A stretch of DNA of 64,000 bases from Treponemataceae bacterium (GTDB lineage Bacteria; Spirochaetota; Spirochaetia; Treponematales; Rectinemataceae), in the NCBI GenBank assembly GCA_963678065.2, contig CAXXVZ010000005.1, positions 1 through 64,000 on the forward strand. The letters run 5' to 3'. This document shows, piece after piece, positions 36,903 through 46,527 of this stretch (position 1 is the first letter of the stretch; each line of letters opens with the position of its first letter). A model generated the notes under the pieces. It did no database searches. It had not been told where the DNA came from and worked only from the letters and a program-made list of their open reading frames with translations. The position numbers were made by a program, and so were the translations under genes.

Positions 36903-39872
36903 TCATTGCGCAGCGCCGGCGCTGGCGCCGCGGAAAGCCGCGACGATATCTTCGACCGGGACGGAGGCGGCCGCGTCGCCCGAAGACAGTTCCAGTCTGC
37001 CCGAGTCCGCAGTCCCGCCGATCAGCCTGAGCGGCAGCCCCTCCATCGCTTTCAGGAAATCCGCGTCCCTGCCGGACTTGACTTCGAGGACGAGGCAGCC
37101 GTTCGTCTCGCCGAAAAGGAGGGTGGAGGTCCGCGCTCTGTCACCCTCGATCCGGAGCCTGGCCCCGAGCCTGCCGCCGAGGCACATCTCCGCGACCGCG
37201 ACTGCGAGCCCGCCTTCGGAGAGATCGTGGCAAGAGGCGATCCAGCCCGCGAGGATGGCTCTGTGGATGGCCAGATAGACCGCGTGGGCCCCGGCGGCCG
37301 CGTCCGGCACCTCGTCGGGGGCGCCTGCGGGCGCGCCCCCGGGCAGGCCATACAGCTCGGCGTAGACAGAGCCGCCAAACACAGGTCGGAAATCGCCCGC
37401 GAGATAGAGATGATTCCCCGCCTCCTTGAGATCGGTTCCCGGCGACGCGTCGACGTCGGGAACGATGCCGATGGCCGAGATGAGAAGGGAGGGAGGGATC
37501 GAAACGCGCCGGCCATCGCGGGCCCGGTACTCGTTGTTGAAGGAGTCCTTGCCCGAGACGAAGGGAGTCCGGTGCGCGAGGGCGGCGTCGTGGCAGCCGC
37601 GGGCGGCCTCGAGGAGAGTCCACATGGTTTCGGGACGCTTTGGATCGCCCCAGCAGAAGTTGTCGAGAACGGCGATGCGCTCGGGATCGGCGCCGGCGCT
37701 CACGGCGTTGCGCACGGCCTCGTCGACGGCGCTCACGGCCATGCGGTAGGCGTCGGCCATTCCATATTTCGGGTTGAATCCGTTGGAGAGGACGAGGCCC
37801 CTCGATCCGCCCGTCTCGCGCGGTTTGAGGACGCTCGCGTCCGAGGGGCCGTCGTGCAGGATGCCCGTGAAGGGGCGGACGACGGTCGCGCCCTGGACTT
37901 CGTGATCGTAGAGGCGGACGACAGTTTCCTTGGAAGCGATCGCAGGATGGGCGAGAAGGCCGAGAAGAGCCCGCGCCGCGTCGGGCGCAGGTGCCGGCGC
38001 AGGTGCCGGCAGAGGTGTCGGCGCAAGTGTCGCCTGTGGCGGCGAAGCGACCAGCCGCCTCTGTGGAATGCCGTCGTGGAGGAAGCGGCAATCGAGATCG
38101 ACGGCCACCACACCGTCGTATCTGACGACGAGGCGCCCCGTTCCCGTGAAGAGACCGAGGTCGGTGACGCCGACATCGTTCAGCTCGCAGATCCTCGCGA
38201 AGGCTTCCATATTTTCAGGCGGAACCGCGAGGACCATGCGCTCCTGGGCTTCGGAGAGCCAGATCTCCCAGGGCGCGAGGCCCGGGTATTTGAGGGGCGC
38301 TCTCGCTATGTCGACATCGCAGCCGAGCTCCGAGGCCATCTCGCCCACGGCCGAGGAGAGTCCGCCCGCGCCGCAGTCAGTGATGGCGGTGTAGAGGCCC
38401 CTGTCGCGCGCCTCGACGATCACTTCCGCCGCCTTCTTCTCGACGATGGGAGCTCCGATCTGCACGGAGGCGCCGGCAACCTCGCCTGTCGTCGAATCCA
38501 TGACCATGGAGGAGAAGGTCGCTCCGCGGATTCCGTCGCGTCCGGTTTTTCCGCCGATGACGACGACGCGGTCGCCGGCACGGGCCTGCCTTCTGTGCTT
38601 TCCGCGCGGCGCGAGGCCGGCGCAGCCGCAGAACACGAGGGGATTGGCCGTGTAGCCGGGATCGAAGTGAATCCCGCCGTTGACGGTCGGGATGCCCATC
38701 TTGTTGCCGTAATCCTGGACGCCGGCCACGACACCGGAGAACACGACCCTCGGGTGGAGGACTCCCGCGGGAAGATCTTCCGGAGCCACGTCGAGGGGAC
38801 CAAAGCAGAGGACGTCGGTAGCCGCGATCGGGCGCGCCGAGACGCCCATGACATCGCGGATGACGCCGCCCACGCCGGTGTTCGCGCCGCCGAAAGGCTC
38901 GACGGCCGAGGGGTGGTTGTGGGTCTCGACCTTGAAAGACATCTCGTACTCGTCGTCGAACTCGAGGATGCCGGCGTTGTCGACAAAGGCCGAGAGGACC
39001 CAGGGGGCCGCGATCTCGTCCGTCGCCTTCTTTATGTAGGTTTTGAGGATGTTGTCGACGCGCGGAGGATAGGGATTCAGGCTCCCTTCAGGCACATCGA
39101 CGTCGATGAGGGCCTTGAAGGTCTTGTGGACGCAATGCTCGCTCCAGGTCTGGGCTATCGTCTCGAACTCGACGTCCGTGCAGTCCCGGCCTTCCATGCG
39201 GAAATAGTCCCTGACCGAGGTCATCTCCCTGAGGTCGAGGGCCGCGCGCCTTCCGGCCGAGAGGGCTTCGAGTTCCGCGTCCGACATGGTCGAAACGGGC
39301 AGGCGCTCCATCTCGCCGGAGCCGGCGGCGAGGAAGGGGAATGAGGGTTCGATCCTGCCGATGGCGTAGCGCTGGATGACGGGATTGGCGAGAAGCCTGT
39401 CGGCGAGAAGCTCGAGGTCGCGCCGCTCGAGGCCTTCGCCCTCGACCTCGAAGATCTCGCCCGTGGAGACCGCCTCGATACCCTTGACGCCGATTTCGAC
39501 CGCCGCCCGCATGATCTCCTCGGCAACCGAGTCGGTGACGCCTGGCCGGAGTGCGACCTCGATCCTGTTACCGTCTCCGAGGGCAGCGGACCCTTCGTGC
39601 CCCGCGTCGCCGCAGTCTTCCCACTCGAAGGTTTCGACGACAGGGTCGCAAAAAAGAAAACGCCCAAGGAGGTCGAGCTCCTTGGGCGCAATACTGCCGC
39701 GTACAAAGTACAGGTCCGCACGCTGCACGGCTCGGACCTTCATAAGCCCGAGAGCGCGCGCATCCTCCGCACGGGAGAAAGCTTGCGGCCCTCCCCGCCT
39801 TTTGGGCCGAACCGTGAACCGGAAAATTCTTGAAGTGATTCCCATGCGGATTGGTACAACCTGTTGGGGCAT
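36903..39872 (-). CDS. purL: FGAM synthase subunit PurL with N-terminal PurS-like repeats
   Basis: QTWSEHC, ETHNHPS, DCGAGG, SEAQERM, SGKDS, HDLSEGG. The N-terminus has RPGVTD...LLANPVI. Start about 39872 (RBS GGAGG), alternative 39845. Confidence 0.93.
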   Translation of the reverse strand: MPQQVVPIRMGITSRIFRFTVRPKRRGGPQAFSRAEDARALGLMKVRAVQRADLYFVRGSIAPKELDLLGRFLFCDPVVETFEWEDCGDAGHEGSAALGDGNRIEVALRPGVTDSVAEEIMRAAVEIGVKGIEAVSTGEIFEVEGEGLERRDLELLADRLLANPVIQRYAIGRIEPSFPFLAAGSGEMERLPVSTMSDAELEALSAGRRAALDLREMTSVRDYFRMEGRDCTDVEFETIAQTWSEHCVHKTFKALIDVDVPEGSLNPYPPRVDNILKTYIKKATDEIAAPWVLSAFVDNAGILEFDDEYEMSFKVETHNHPSAVEPFGGANTGVGGVIRDVMGVSARPIAATDVLCFGPLDVAPEDLPAGVLHPRVVFSGVVAGVQDYGNKMGIPTVNGGIHFDPGYTANPLVFCGCAGLAPRGKHRRQARAGDRVVVIGGKTGRDGIRGATFSSMVMDSTTGEVAGASVQIGAPIVEKKAAEVIVEARDRGLYTAITDCGAGGLSSAVGEMASELGCDVDIARAPLKYPGLAPWEIWLSEAQERMVLAVPPENMEAFARICELNDVGVTDLGLFTGTGRLVVRYDGVVAVDLDCRFLHDGIPQRRLVASPPQATLAPTPLPAPAPAPAPDAARALLGLLAHPAIASKETVVRLYDHEVQGATVVRPFTGILHDGPSDASVLKPRETGGSRGLVLSNGFNPKYGMADAYRMAVSAVDEAVRNAVSAGADPERIAVLDNFCWGDPKRPETMWTLLEAARGCHDAALAHRTPFVSGKDSFNNEYRARDGRRVSIPPSLLISAIGIVPDVDASPGTDLKEAGNHLYLAGDFRPVFGGSVYAELYGLPGGAPAGAPDEVPDAAAGAHAVYLAIHRAILAGWIASCHDLSEGGLAVAVAEMCLGGRLGARLRIEGDRARTSTLLFGETNGCLVLEVKSGRDADFLKAMEGLPLRLIGGTADSGRLELSSGDAAASVPVEDIVAAFRGASAGAAQ

Positions 39873-39876
39873 TTGG

Positions 39877-41271
39877 TCAAGCCCCCTCCACCTGTCGTCG
39901 TATTTCCGCCGCGAGCGAGCGCGCGCGCGAAGGGGCCGATCCTGAGTAGCCGGAGAGGTCCATGAGACCGGCCAGGGCAGCGGCGTCCAGCACCGAGTTG
40001 AAGAAGGGATCGGCCGCGATGCGCTCTGCCAGGGTGTTGGTTCCCGAATTCCTGAGTTCGGCCCAGGAGGTGAGGGCGTGGACCCGCAGGCGCTCGTGGG
40101 TTTCCTGGCGGTCGGCTCCGGCCGCTCCCATGACCATGAGGACGCGCTCGGTGCAGGCGAAGGGGCCGTAGGCCGCCATGGTCCTGCCGATCGCCGTCGT
40201 GTCGACGACGAGTCCGCCGACAATCTTCGAGGCAGTCGCGAGGATCTCGTCGCAGATAAGGAAGGCCTCGGGCAGGAGGCTCCGGCGGTTGGCCGAGTCG
40301 TCCAGGGTCCTCTCGAGAAGGGATTGGGCGGCGTTCTGCCAGGCCACCTGAGGCATGACCGAGAGGGCGCGGGAGAGCGAGTCGATCTTCTCCGCGTTGA
40401 TGGGGTTGCGCTTGAAGGGCATGGCCGAGGAGCCGACCTGCTTTTTCCCGAAGGGCTCGGAGAGCTCTCCGACGGGCGGCGATTGAAGGATACGCATGTC
40501 GAAGGCGAATTTGTGGAGGGAGGCTCCGAGGCCGGCCAGGGCCGCGAGCACGGTGTAGTCCTGCTTGCGGGTGTAGGTCTGGGTGGCTATGGGGTAGAAA
40601 CCGATGCCGAGCTCCTCCGAAAGCCGGGACTCGAAGCGGTCGACGTTCTCGTCCCCGACGAGTTCGGCGTAGGAGGCGGCCGTCCCCACGGCGCCCTTGA
40701 ATCCCTTGCCACGGATCGACGCCTCGACCCGCTCGAGCTCGCGGCAGTCCTCCAGGAGGTCCTGGGCCCAGACGGCGAGGCGGTAGCCGAGTGTCGTCGG
40801 CTCGGCGGGCTGGATGTGCGTGAAAGCCATCACCGGCAGGTCGGCGTATTCGTCGATTTTTTCCGCGAAGCGCGCGAGAAGCCCGCGCAGGGAGGCGAGG
40901 ACGAGGCCGACCGAACGCCGGATGCGGATAGCGTCCGCGTTGTCCTCGATGTCCATGGAGGTGGCGCCCAGGTGGATGACACCGCCGGCGGTCGGGCATT
41001 GCGCGGCGAAGGTCTTCACTTCGGCCATGAGGTCGTGCCTGATCTCGGCCTCGATCTCCAGAGCCCGGGGGATGTCGATCTCATGCGCGTGGGCGCGGAG
41101 CTCGTCGACCTGGGCTTCCGCGACGAGGCCGAACTCCGATTCGACCTCCGCGAGACTGACCCAGATGGAGCGCCAGAGTTCGCGCTTGCCTGTTTCGCTC
41201 CAGAGTCCGCGCATTGCCGCGCTGCCATACCGCCAGCTGAAAGGGGAGAGGTAGACCGAGTAGTCGCTCAT
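39877..41271 (-). CDS. purB: Adenylosuccinate lyase
   Basis: RHDLMA, HLGATS, THIQPA, SSAMPFKRNP, ERTLDDSA. Confidence 0.95.
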   Translation of the reverse strand: MSDYSVYLSPFSWRYGSAAMRGLWSETGKRELWRSIWVSLAEVESEFGLVAEAQVDELRAHAHEIDIPRALEIEAEIRHDLMAEVKTFAAQCPTAGGVIHLGATSMDIEDNADAIRIRRSVGLVLASLRGLLARFAEKIDEYADLPVMAFTHIQPAEPTTLGYRLAVWAQDLLEDCRELERVEASIRGKGFKGAVGTAASYAELVGDENVDRFESRLSEELGIGFYPIATQTYTRKQDYTVLAALAGLGASLHKFAFDMRILQSPPVGELSEPFGKKQVGSSAMPFKRNPINAEKIDSLSRALSVMPQVAWQNAAQSLLERTLDDSANRRSLLPEAFLICDEILATASKIVGGLVVDTTAIGRTMAAYGPFACTERVLMVMGAAGADRQETHERLRVHALTSWAELRNSGTNTLAERIAADPFFNSVLDAAALAGLMDLSGYSGSAPSRARSLAAEIRRQVEGA

Positions 41272-41302
41272 GGTCGGATACTATCAGAGCCGCAGCGCTT
41301 GG

Positions 41303-41734
41303 TTAAGACCGCGGCGAGACGAGGACGAACAGTTTCGAACCGATCCAGAACAGGACGAGGGCCCAGATGGCGATGAAAATGACGCCGGTCACCCAGTTCT
41401 TCCTGAGGGAGGGAGGATTCGCCTCCGCCTTGGTCGCGCACTCCGCACGCACTTCTTCCGGAATCAATTTCAGCGCCAGGGCGATGAGGGCGGGCACGAT
41501 GATGAGGTCGTCGAGGTAGCCGAGCACGGGGATGAAGTCGGGTATGAGATCGACGGGGCTCAGGGCATAAGCCAGGGCGAGGCCCATCACGAGGCGGGCA
41601 GGCAGTCCGGTCTGTGCGTGTCCGAAGGCGTAGTAGACGACGGCGAGATCCTTCTTGAGGGCGCGCGCCCGGGACTTGAGGGCATCCCTGAAGGAGGCGA
41701 GGGCCTTGAACAGCCTTTGCGGGTTTTTCTCCAT
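41303..41734 (-). CDS. DUF1232/YkvA-family membrane protein
   Basis: YALSPVDLIPDFIPVLGYLDD. Start MEKNP at 41734. Confidence 0.88.
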   Translation of the reverse strand: MEKNPQRLFKALASFRDALKSRARALKKDLAVVYYAFGHAQTGLPARLVMGLALAYALSPVDLIPDFIPVLGYLDDLIIVPALIALALKLIPEEVRAECATKAEANPPSLRKNWVTGVIFIAIWALVLFWIGSKLFVLVSPRS

Positions 41735-42420
41735 CAGTCGGCCTCCATGACCTGGTTGAATCGCACAATGGTGAAAAGGCGGGCGGGATTCTCCGGCTCG
41801 CCGGGAAAGGAAGTCAGCGCGGCGGCGACCGGTTCTGGTGACGCTGGTGGCGACAGGGGTCGCGACTCCTGCCGAAGTTCCAGTTCGAGGATGCCGCAGG
41901 TGTCCTGCGCGAAGCGGAAACGGTCCCAGGGCGGCAGGCCGAGAAGGTGGCACATGAGGATGCGGATGAAGCCGTCGTGGGTGAAGCAGGCCGCATCGAG
42001 TCCTTCTTCCGCCCGCTCAGCCAGGAAGGGCGCGATGCGCCCGACGACATCCGAGCCGCTCTCTCCGCCGGGATAGCGGAAGTCGGTCTTCTTCGCAAGG
42101 TACTCCGCCATGAAGTCGGGGTACGCGGCCGCGAAGGCCGCGTCGTCGAGCTTGTCCCGCACGCCGACATCGATCTCGTCGAGGCGTGGATCGACGATGG
42201 GCGCGAGAGAGCGCTCCGAGGCCAGGGGCGAGGCGGTCTCGGAAGTGCGGCCGTAGCGGCTCGCGAAAATGCGCTCCACGGGGCGCCTTGCGAAATACCG
42301 CAGGAGGGCCCGGGCCTCGGCCCTGCCCCGCTCGCTCAGGATGTTGTCCTGATGTCCGATCCTCTCGCTGTAGAAGTCGCCCGGTTCTTTGTCGCCATGG
42401 CGGATGAAGTAGAGTCTCAC
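41734..42420 (-). CDS. Histidine phosphatase family protein
   Basis: FIRHG, R...TA, EIDVG, PGGES, THDG. Confidence 0.88.
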   Translation of the reverse strand: MRLYFIRHGDKEPGDFYSERIGHQDNILSERGRAEARALLRYFARRPVERIFASRYGRTSETASPLASERSLAPIVDPRLDEIDVGVRDKLDDAAFAAAYPDFMAEYLAKKTDFRYPGGESGSDVVGRIAPFLAERAEEGLDAACFTHDGFIRILMCHLLGLPPWDRFRFAQDTCGILELELRQESRPLSPPASPEPVAAALTSFPGEPENPARLFTIVRFNQVMEAD

Positions 42421-43394
42421 CGCCTCACCTGACTTTCCGGCGAAGAACAGTCACGCAGCACCGATCCGTCGAGCGCCCCGCGGAGGACTATGCGCGCTTG
42501 GCCGGACAGAAGGATTCGGTCGCCCGCGCACTCGAGACCGATCTGTCCGCCTCGCGGCGACAGCTGGCGCGCCTTCAGCACAGTCTTGCCGAGCCTCGCG
42601 CCCCACCAGGGACCGAGGAGGGTGTGCACGGAGCCGGTGACGCTGTCTTCGTCGACGCCGAACCAGGGATTGAAGTAGCGCGATTCGAAATCGAAGCCAT
42701 CCCTGCCCGGCGCGGAGACGCCTACGCCGTAGCGGATGCGCTGATCGCTCAGGGCGAGGAGCGCGCGAAAATCGGGGGCGAGGGATTCGACCCGCACGGG
42801 ATCGTCGACGATGAAGACAGTCTTCTTCGTCGATCTGCCGTAGAGGACGGAATCGCAGGCGCCAAGGCCGAGCGCCTTCGCGCAGGCCGGATCCAGATCG
42901 ATCTCGTCCCAGGTGTCGGCGGGGAAATCCATGCGGAATCCCGCCCCGGTCCCCTCGATCCCGGCTCGCGAGACGGCGAGCGTCCCCGATGCCGAATCGA
43001 AAAATATCGTCTCTCCGGCGCCGGCCGCGCCAGATCCGCCTCCAGCTCCCTTTGCCAGCTCGAAGAGCACCGCCGCGGACGCGAGAGTCGCGTGCCCGCA
43101 CAGAGCCACTTCGCGAAGGGGCGTAAACCAGCGCAGTGAGGGTGAGGGTGAGGGCGAGGGCGAGGGCGAGGGCGATGGAACATGAGTCGGCCGACCGCCC
43201 CCTTCGTCTCCTCGCGACGGACCGCCCGGGGACGGGGGCAGGAGGACGAAGGCGCTCTCCGCACAGTTGGTTTCGGCGGCCAATCTCTGCATGACGGAGA
43301 CGGGGAAATCCGCATCGACGATGAAGACTGCAGCCTGGTTGCCCCGGAAGGCCCGGTCGGTGAAAGCGTCCACGAGAAAGTAGCGGCATTCCAT
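42417..43394 (-). CDS. PhzF-family isomerase/epimerase
   Basis: VDAFT...GNQAAV, ESAF, RWFTP..EVALCGHATLA, EDSVTGS. Start MECRY at 43394. Confidence 0.9.
   Translation of the reverse strand: MECRYFLVDAFTDRAFRGNQAAVFIVDADFPVSVMQRLAAETNCAESAFVLLPPSPGGPSRGDEGGGRPTHVPSPSPSPSPSPSPSLRWFTPLREVALCGHATLASAAVLFELAKGAGGGSGAAGAGETIFFDSASGTLAVSRAGIEGTGAGFRMDFPADTWDEIDLDPACAKALGLGACDSVLYGRSTKKTVFIVDDPVRVESLAPDFRALLALSDQRIRYGVGVSAPGRDGFDFESRYFNPWFGVDEDSVTGSVHTLLGPWWGARLGKTVLKARQLSPRGGQIGLECAGDRILLSGQARIVLRGALDGSVLRDCSSPESQVRR
43138..43173. repeat. Hexanucleotide microsatellite (GAGGGY)6 encoding poly(Pro-Ser) in the PhzF protein
   Basis: Read directly from the sequence. Confidence 0.85.
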
Positions 43395-43538
43395 GGGAGC
43401 ATTGTAGCGCAAGGCGGGCCTGGGACTCAAGGAAACAAAGACATGCGCAATCCAAACTCCCCTCAAGGACGCTTGCGGGCTATGAAACCCAAGCTCCGAT
43501 CATGGCAAAAAACGGGAATCGGGTTTAGACTGAGATAT

Positions 43539-44972
43539 ATGGATGCCGTCACGGATTCCAGCATAGCCCGGGACTTCGACACGCTTTTCTCCACGCCCCT
43601 CGTCATGAAGACACTCGCCCGCAACGGAGTCTTCGCGATCGACTACCGGAACAACAGGGCCTTCGCAAACGAACTCTGGCTCTCGTGGGGCTACACAGTC
43701 GAAGACATGCTCACCGGCACTATCCTCGACATAGTCCATCCCGAGGACAGAGAAACCATCGCTTCGCACTATCACAGACTGCTTTCGGGCGAAGAGGACT
43801 TCTACTCGGGAGAATACCGCATCAGGACAAAACCGGGCAGGACGGTCTGGGTCTCCGTGAGCTACGAGGTGCTCGAGCGCGAGGAGGATGGCAAGCCTGT
43901 CTTCTTTCTCGGACACGACGAGGACGTGACGGCTCTGCACGAGGCGCAGGACGAGATCAGGACGCGCCTTTTGGAAATAGAGACCCTCAAGGATCTCATC
44001 GAGGGCATCCACCAGAGTCTCGACCTCGCGAAGACCATCGACCTCGTCATGAACCACCTCCAGAAAGTCATCCGCTTCGACAGAGCCTCGGTTCAGCTCG
44101 TCGAAGGCGACTGTCTCCACGTGATCGGGACCTACGGGTTCAGGGACAGGATGCTGCCGGATCTGCGATTCCCGATCAAGGGAATGTCCAATCCCCCGGC
44201 CAGGGCTCTCGAAACGAAAAAAACCGTCATCTGCAACAATCTCGGGCGCGATTTTCCGGATTTCGTCCAGGTCGACCCCGAGGCCACGATCCGGTCATGG
44301 CTCGGCATACCGCTCGTCGTGAACGAGGTGGCGGAAGGACTGCTCGCCATAGACAGTTTCCAGCCGGGATACTACACGGAGCAGCACGTCATCCTCGCGA
44401 ACACGGTGGCGAGACAGATCGCGATGGCGCTGGAGCACGCACGCGCGCATCGCCACGTTTCGATCAAGGCCGAGACCGACAAGCTCACCGGAATCGCCAA
44501 CCGCTACGGGCTCGACGGACAGGGCCAGGCCCTGTTCAGGGTCGCGCTGCAGGAAAGGACGCCGCTCGGCCTGCTCCTCGTCGACATCGACAGGTTCAAG
44601 GTGACGAACGACAGGCACGGCCACGAACATGGGGACAAGGTTCTCGGGGCGGTAAGCGCCGTCGTCGCCGGGAATCTCCGCGGAGACGATTTCCCTGTCC
44701 GCTACGGCGGAGACGAGTTCGTCATCCTTTTGCCGGGAGCGAATATCCAGGAAGCCTTCTCGATAGCGGAGCGGATCAGGCTCAGGATCGCCTACTCGGC
44801 GCCGGACGAAAAGGGAGTGGCCCCGACAGTGAGCATCGGCGTTCACAGCGGCATCCCCTCGGAGAAAGACGAACTCCACGAGTACATCGCCTGCGCCGAC
44901 AGGGCCATGTACGAGGCAAAGAAGATGGGCCGCAACCGCTCCTGTATCTCGGCCGAATCATTGAAGGCATGA
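43539..44972 (+). CDS. PAS-GAF-GGDEF diguanylate cyclase
   Basis: PAS (IVHPEDR, EYRIR), GAF (SWLGIPL), DKLTG..NR, DIDRFK..ND..GH..GD, RxxD I-site and RYGGDEF. Start MDAVT at 43539. Confidence 0.9.
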   Translation: MDAVTDSSIARDFDTLFSTPLVMKTLARNGVFAIDYRNNRAFANELWLSWGYTVEDMLTGTILDIVHPEDRETIASHYHRLLSGEEDFYSGEYRIRTKPGRTVWVSVSYEVLEREEDGKPVFFLGHDEDVTALHEAQDEIRTRLLEIETLKDLIEGIHQSLDLAKTIDLVMNHLQKVIRFDRASVQLVEGDCLHVIGTYGFRDRMLPDLRFPIKGMSNPPARALETKKTVICNNLGRDFPDFVQVDPEATIRSWLGIPLVVNEVAEGLLAIDSFQPGYYTEQHVILANTVARQIAMALEHARAHRHVSIKAETDKLTGIANRYGLDGQGQALFRVALQERTPLGLLLVDIDRFKVTNDRHGHEHGDKVLGAVSAVVAGNLRGDDFPVRYGGDEFVILLPGANIQEAFSIAERIRLRIAYSAPDEKGVAPTVSIGVHSGIPSEKDELHEYIACADRAMYEAKKMGRNRSCISAESLKA

Positions 44973-45011
44973 TCCCGACCGGAGGACACAAGAAGGTCGA
45001 CACTTCCTATC

Positions 45012-45644
45012 TCAGCCCTCCTGAGTCTGCCCCGGCCTTCTTCCTGTTCCTGTCCCCCTGCCCGATCCGGAAATGACAGTCTGGATGAAGATGAAGAGGA
45101 AAATCAGCACGCCGATGAAAATCTTCGTCCACCAGGAGCTGAGAGTGCCCTGGAAATTGATGATGGTCTGGATCACTCCGAGAATCAGCGTTCCGAAGAC
45201 ACTTCCGAAAATGTACCCGACTCCGTCCGTGAGCAGAGTGCCGCCTATGACGGCCGCGGCAATGGCGTCGAGGTGGGTGTCCTTGCAGTGGAGCGCGTAA
45301 CCGGACTGCATGTAGAACGTAAAGACGACGCCTGCGATCGCGGAGCAGAGCCCCGAAATCGTATAGACAAGGATTTTCGCCTTCGCGACAGGAAGTCCCA
45401 TGAGAAGGGCCGACTGTTCGCTGCCGCCGATGGCGTAGATTGTCCGGCCGAAACGGGTATAGTGCGCGAGATAAATTCCCGCCGCGATGCCGAGGAAGGC
45501 GTTGTCGATGAAGAGATTAAAAAACACCTGGGAGGAAAAAAACGCCGGATAGAGGATCGATCCGATCGCGTACATGAAGAGAAACAGGCCGATCGTGATG
45601 CTCAGGGGAAGGTATTTTCCGTCAAAGGCCTTTTTCTCTTTCAT
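45012..45644 (-). pseudogene. YjfF-like sugar ABC permease with a large internal in-frame deletion
   Basis: The N-terminal FIDNAFLGIAA joins directly to YLAHYTRFGRTIYAIGG. At 210 aa it lacks the GIDLSVG-containing middle of this permease family. Confidence 0.75.
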
Positions 45645-46494
45645 GATGCCATCCTCCTCGACGCGAACAGCCGCGCCACGCTTGCCCTGAACCTTTCGGA
45701 CTGCAGGAGGCTCACGATGAAAACGACAATCGATTTGATGAGCAGGTTGACCTGGGGCGGAACGCCGATGGCGTATATCGTGGTCGTGCGTGTCTGGATT
45801 ATCAGGGCTCCGATAATAGATCCGGAAAGGAAAAACTTTCCGCCGTTCAGCGAAGTTCCGCCGAGAACGACGGCGAGAATCGCGTCGAATTGATCCCCGC
45901 GTACCTGCTCGCCGTCGGATTCGCGCCGACTGATTCGATGTAGAGACCGAGGGCTGTCTTCCTGGTCACGAAAGCGGTGAGCGCCACGAGAATCGCCGCG
46001 ATATACAGCGAAAACGGAAGGCCGAAAATGTAGCCGGAGTTTCCCATGAAAAAATACGGCTTGTAATAGATCGTGATTATCTGCCCGTTCGTCACGAGCT
46101 GCGCGATGCCGCGGCCGGCCACCATCAGTATGATGGTCGCGACGATGGGCTGGATGTTGAGCCTCGCCACGAGAAATCCGTTCCACAGACCGAGAATTGC
46201 CGCGGCGGCCAAGGCGCCGGCGATAGCTCCCGATATTGCGACAACCGAACCGACTAAAATGTCGATGCCCTTGGTCGCGATGACGAGGGTCAGCCCGAGG
46301 GCTATTATCATGATGTAGGTCGAGCGGTTGCGTATGTCGACGATGATTCCGGAGAGGCGCCCGTTCTTCACTTCGAAATGAAGGAAATTGTTGGTGAACG
46401 CGACATTGAGGAGAAACAGGAGCAAGAGCGTGACGACGGGCCAGAACAGGCGGGTTTTCGCGACCCCGCCGGCGAAACCGTTTTTCTCAGCCAT
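45641..46494 (-). pseudogene. YtfT-like sugar ABC permease, deleted and frameshifted
   Basis: The frame with GIDILVGS and QPIVAT ends after YAGIN. The C-terminal DAILAVVLGGT lies in another frame and the intervening segment is missing. Confidence 0.8.
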
Positions 46495-46527
46495 GTGCCT
46501 TTGCCCCTTTGCCCGTGTCGCCGTGGG

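Noticed and set aside
32942..40223. ORF-track N-terminal extensions (purF to 35392, purC to 36404, purL to 40223; also the ligase to 3027 and the DGC from 43182) suggesting larger fusions
   Set aside because: The extensions overlap neighbouring genes in other frames and lack homology. Internal starts with an RBS, overlap or promoter fit better.
41272..41302. Purine or ZTP riboswitch ahead of the pur operon
   Set aside because: Only about 30 bp separate purB from the upstream gene, and the promoter appears leaderless.
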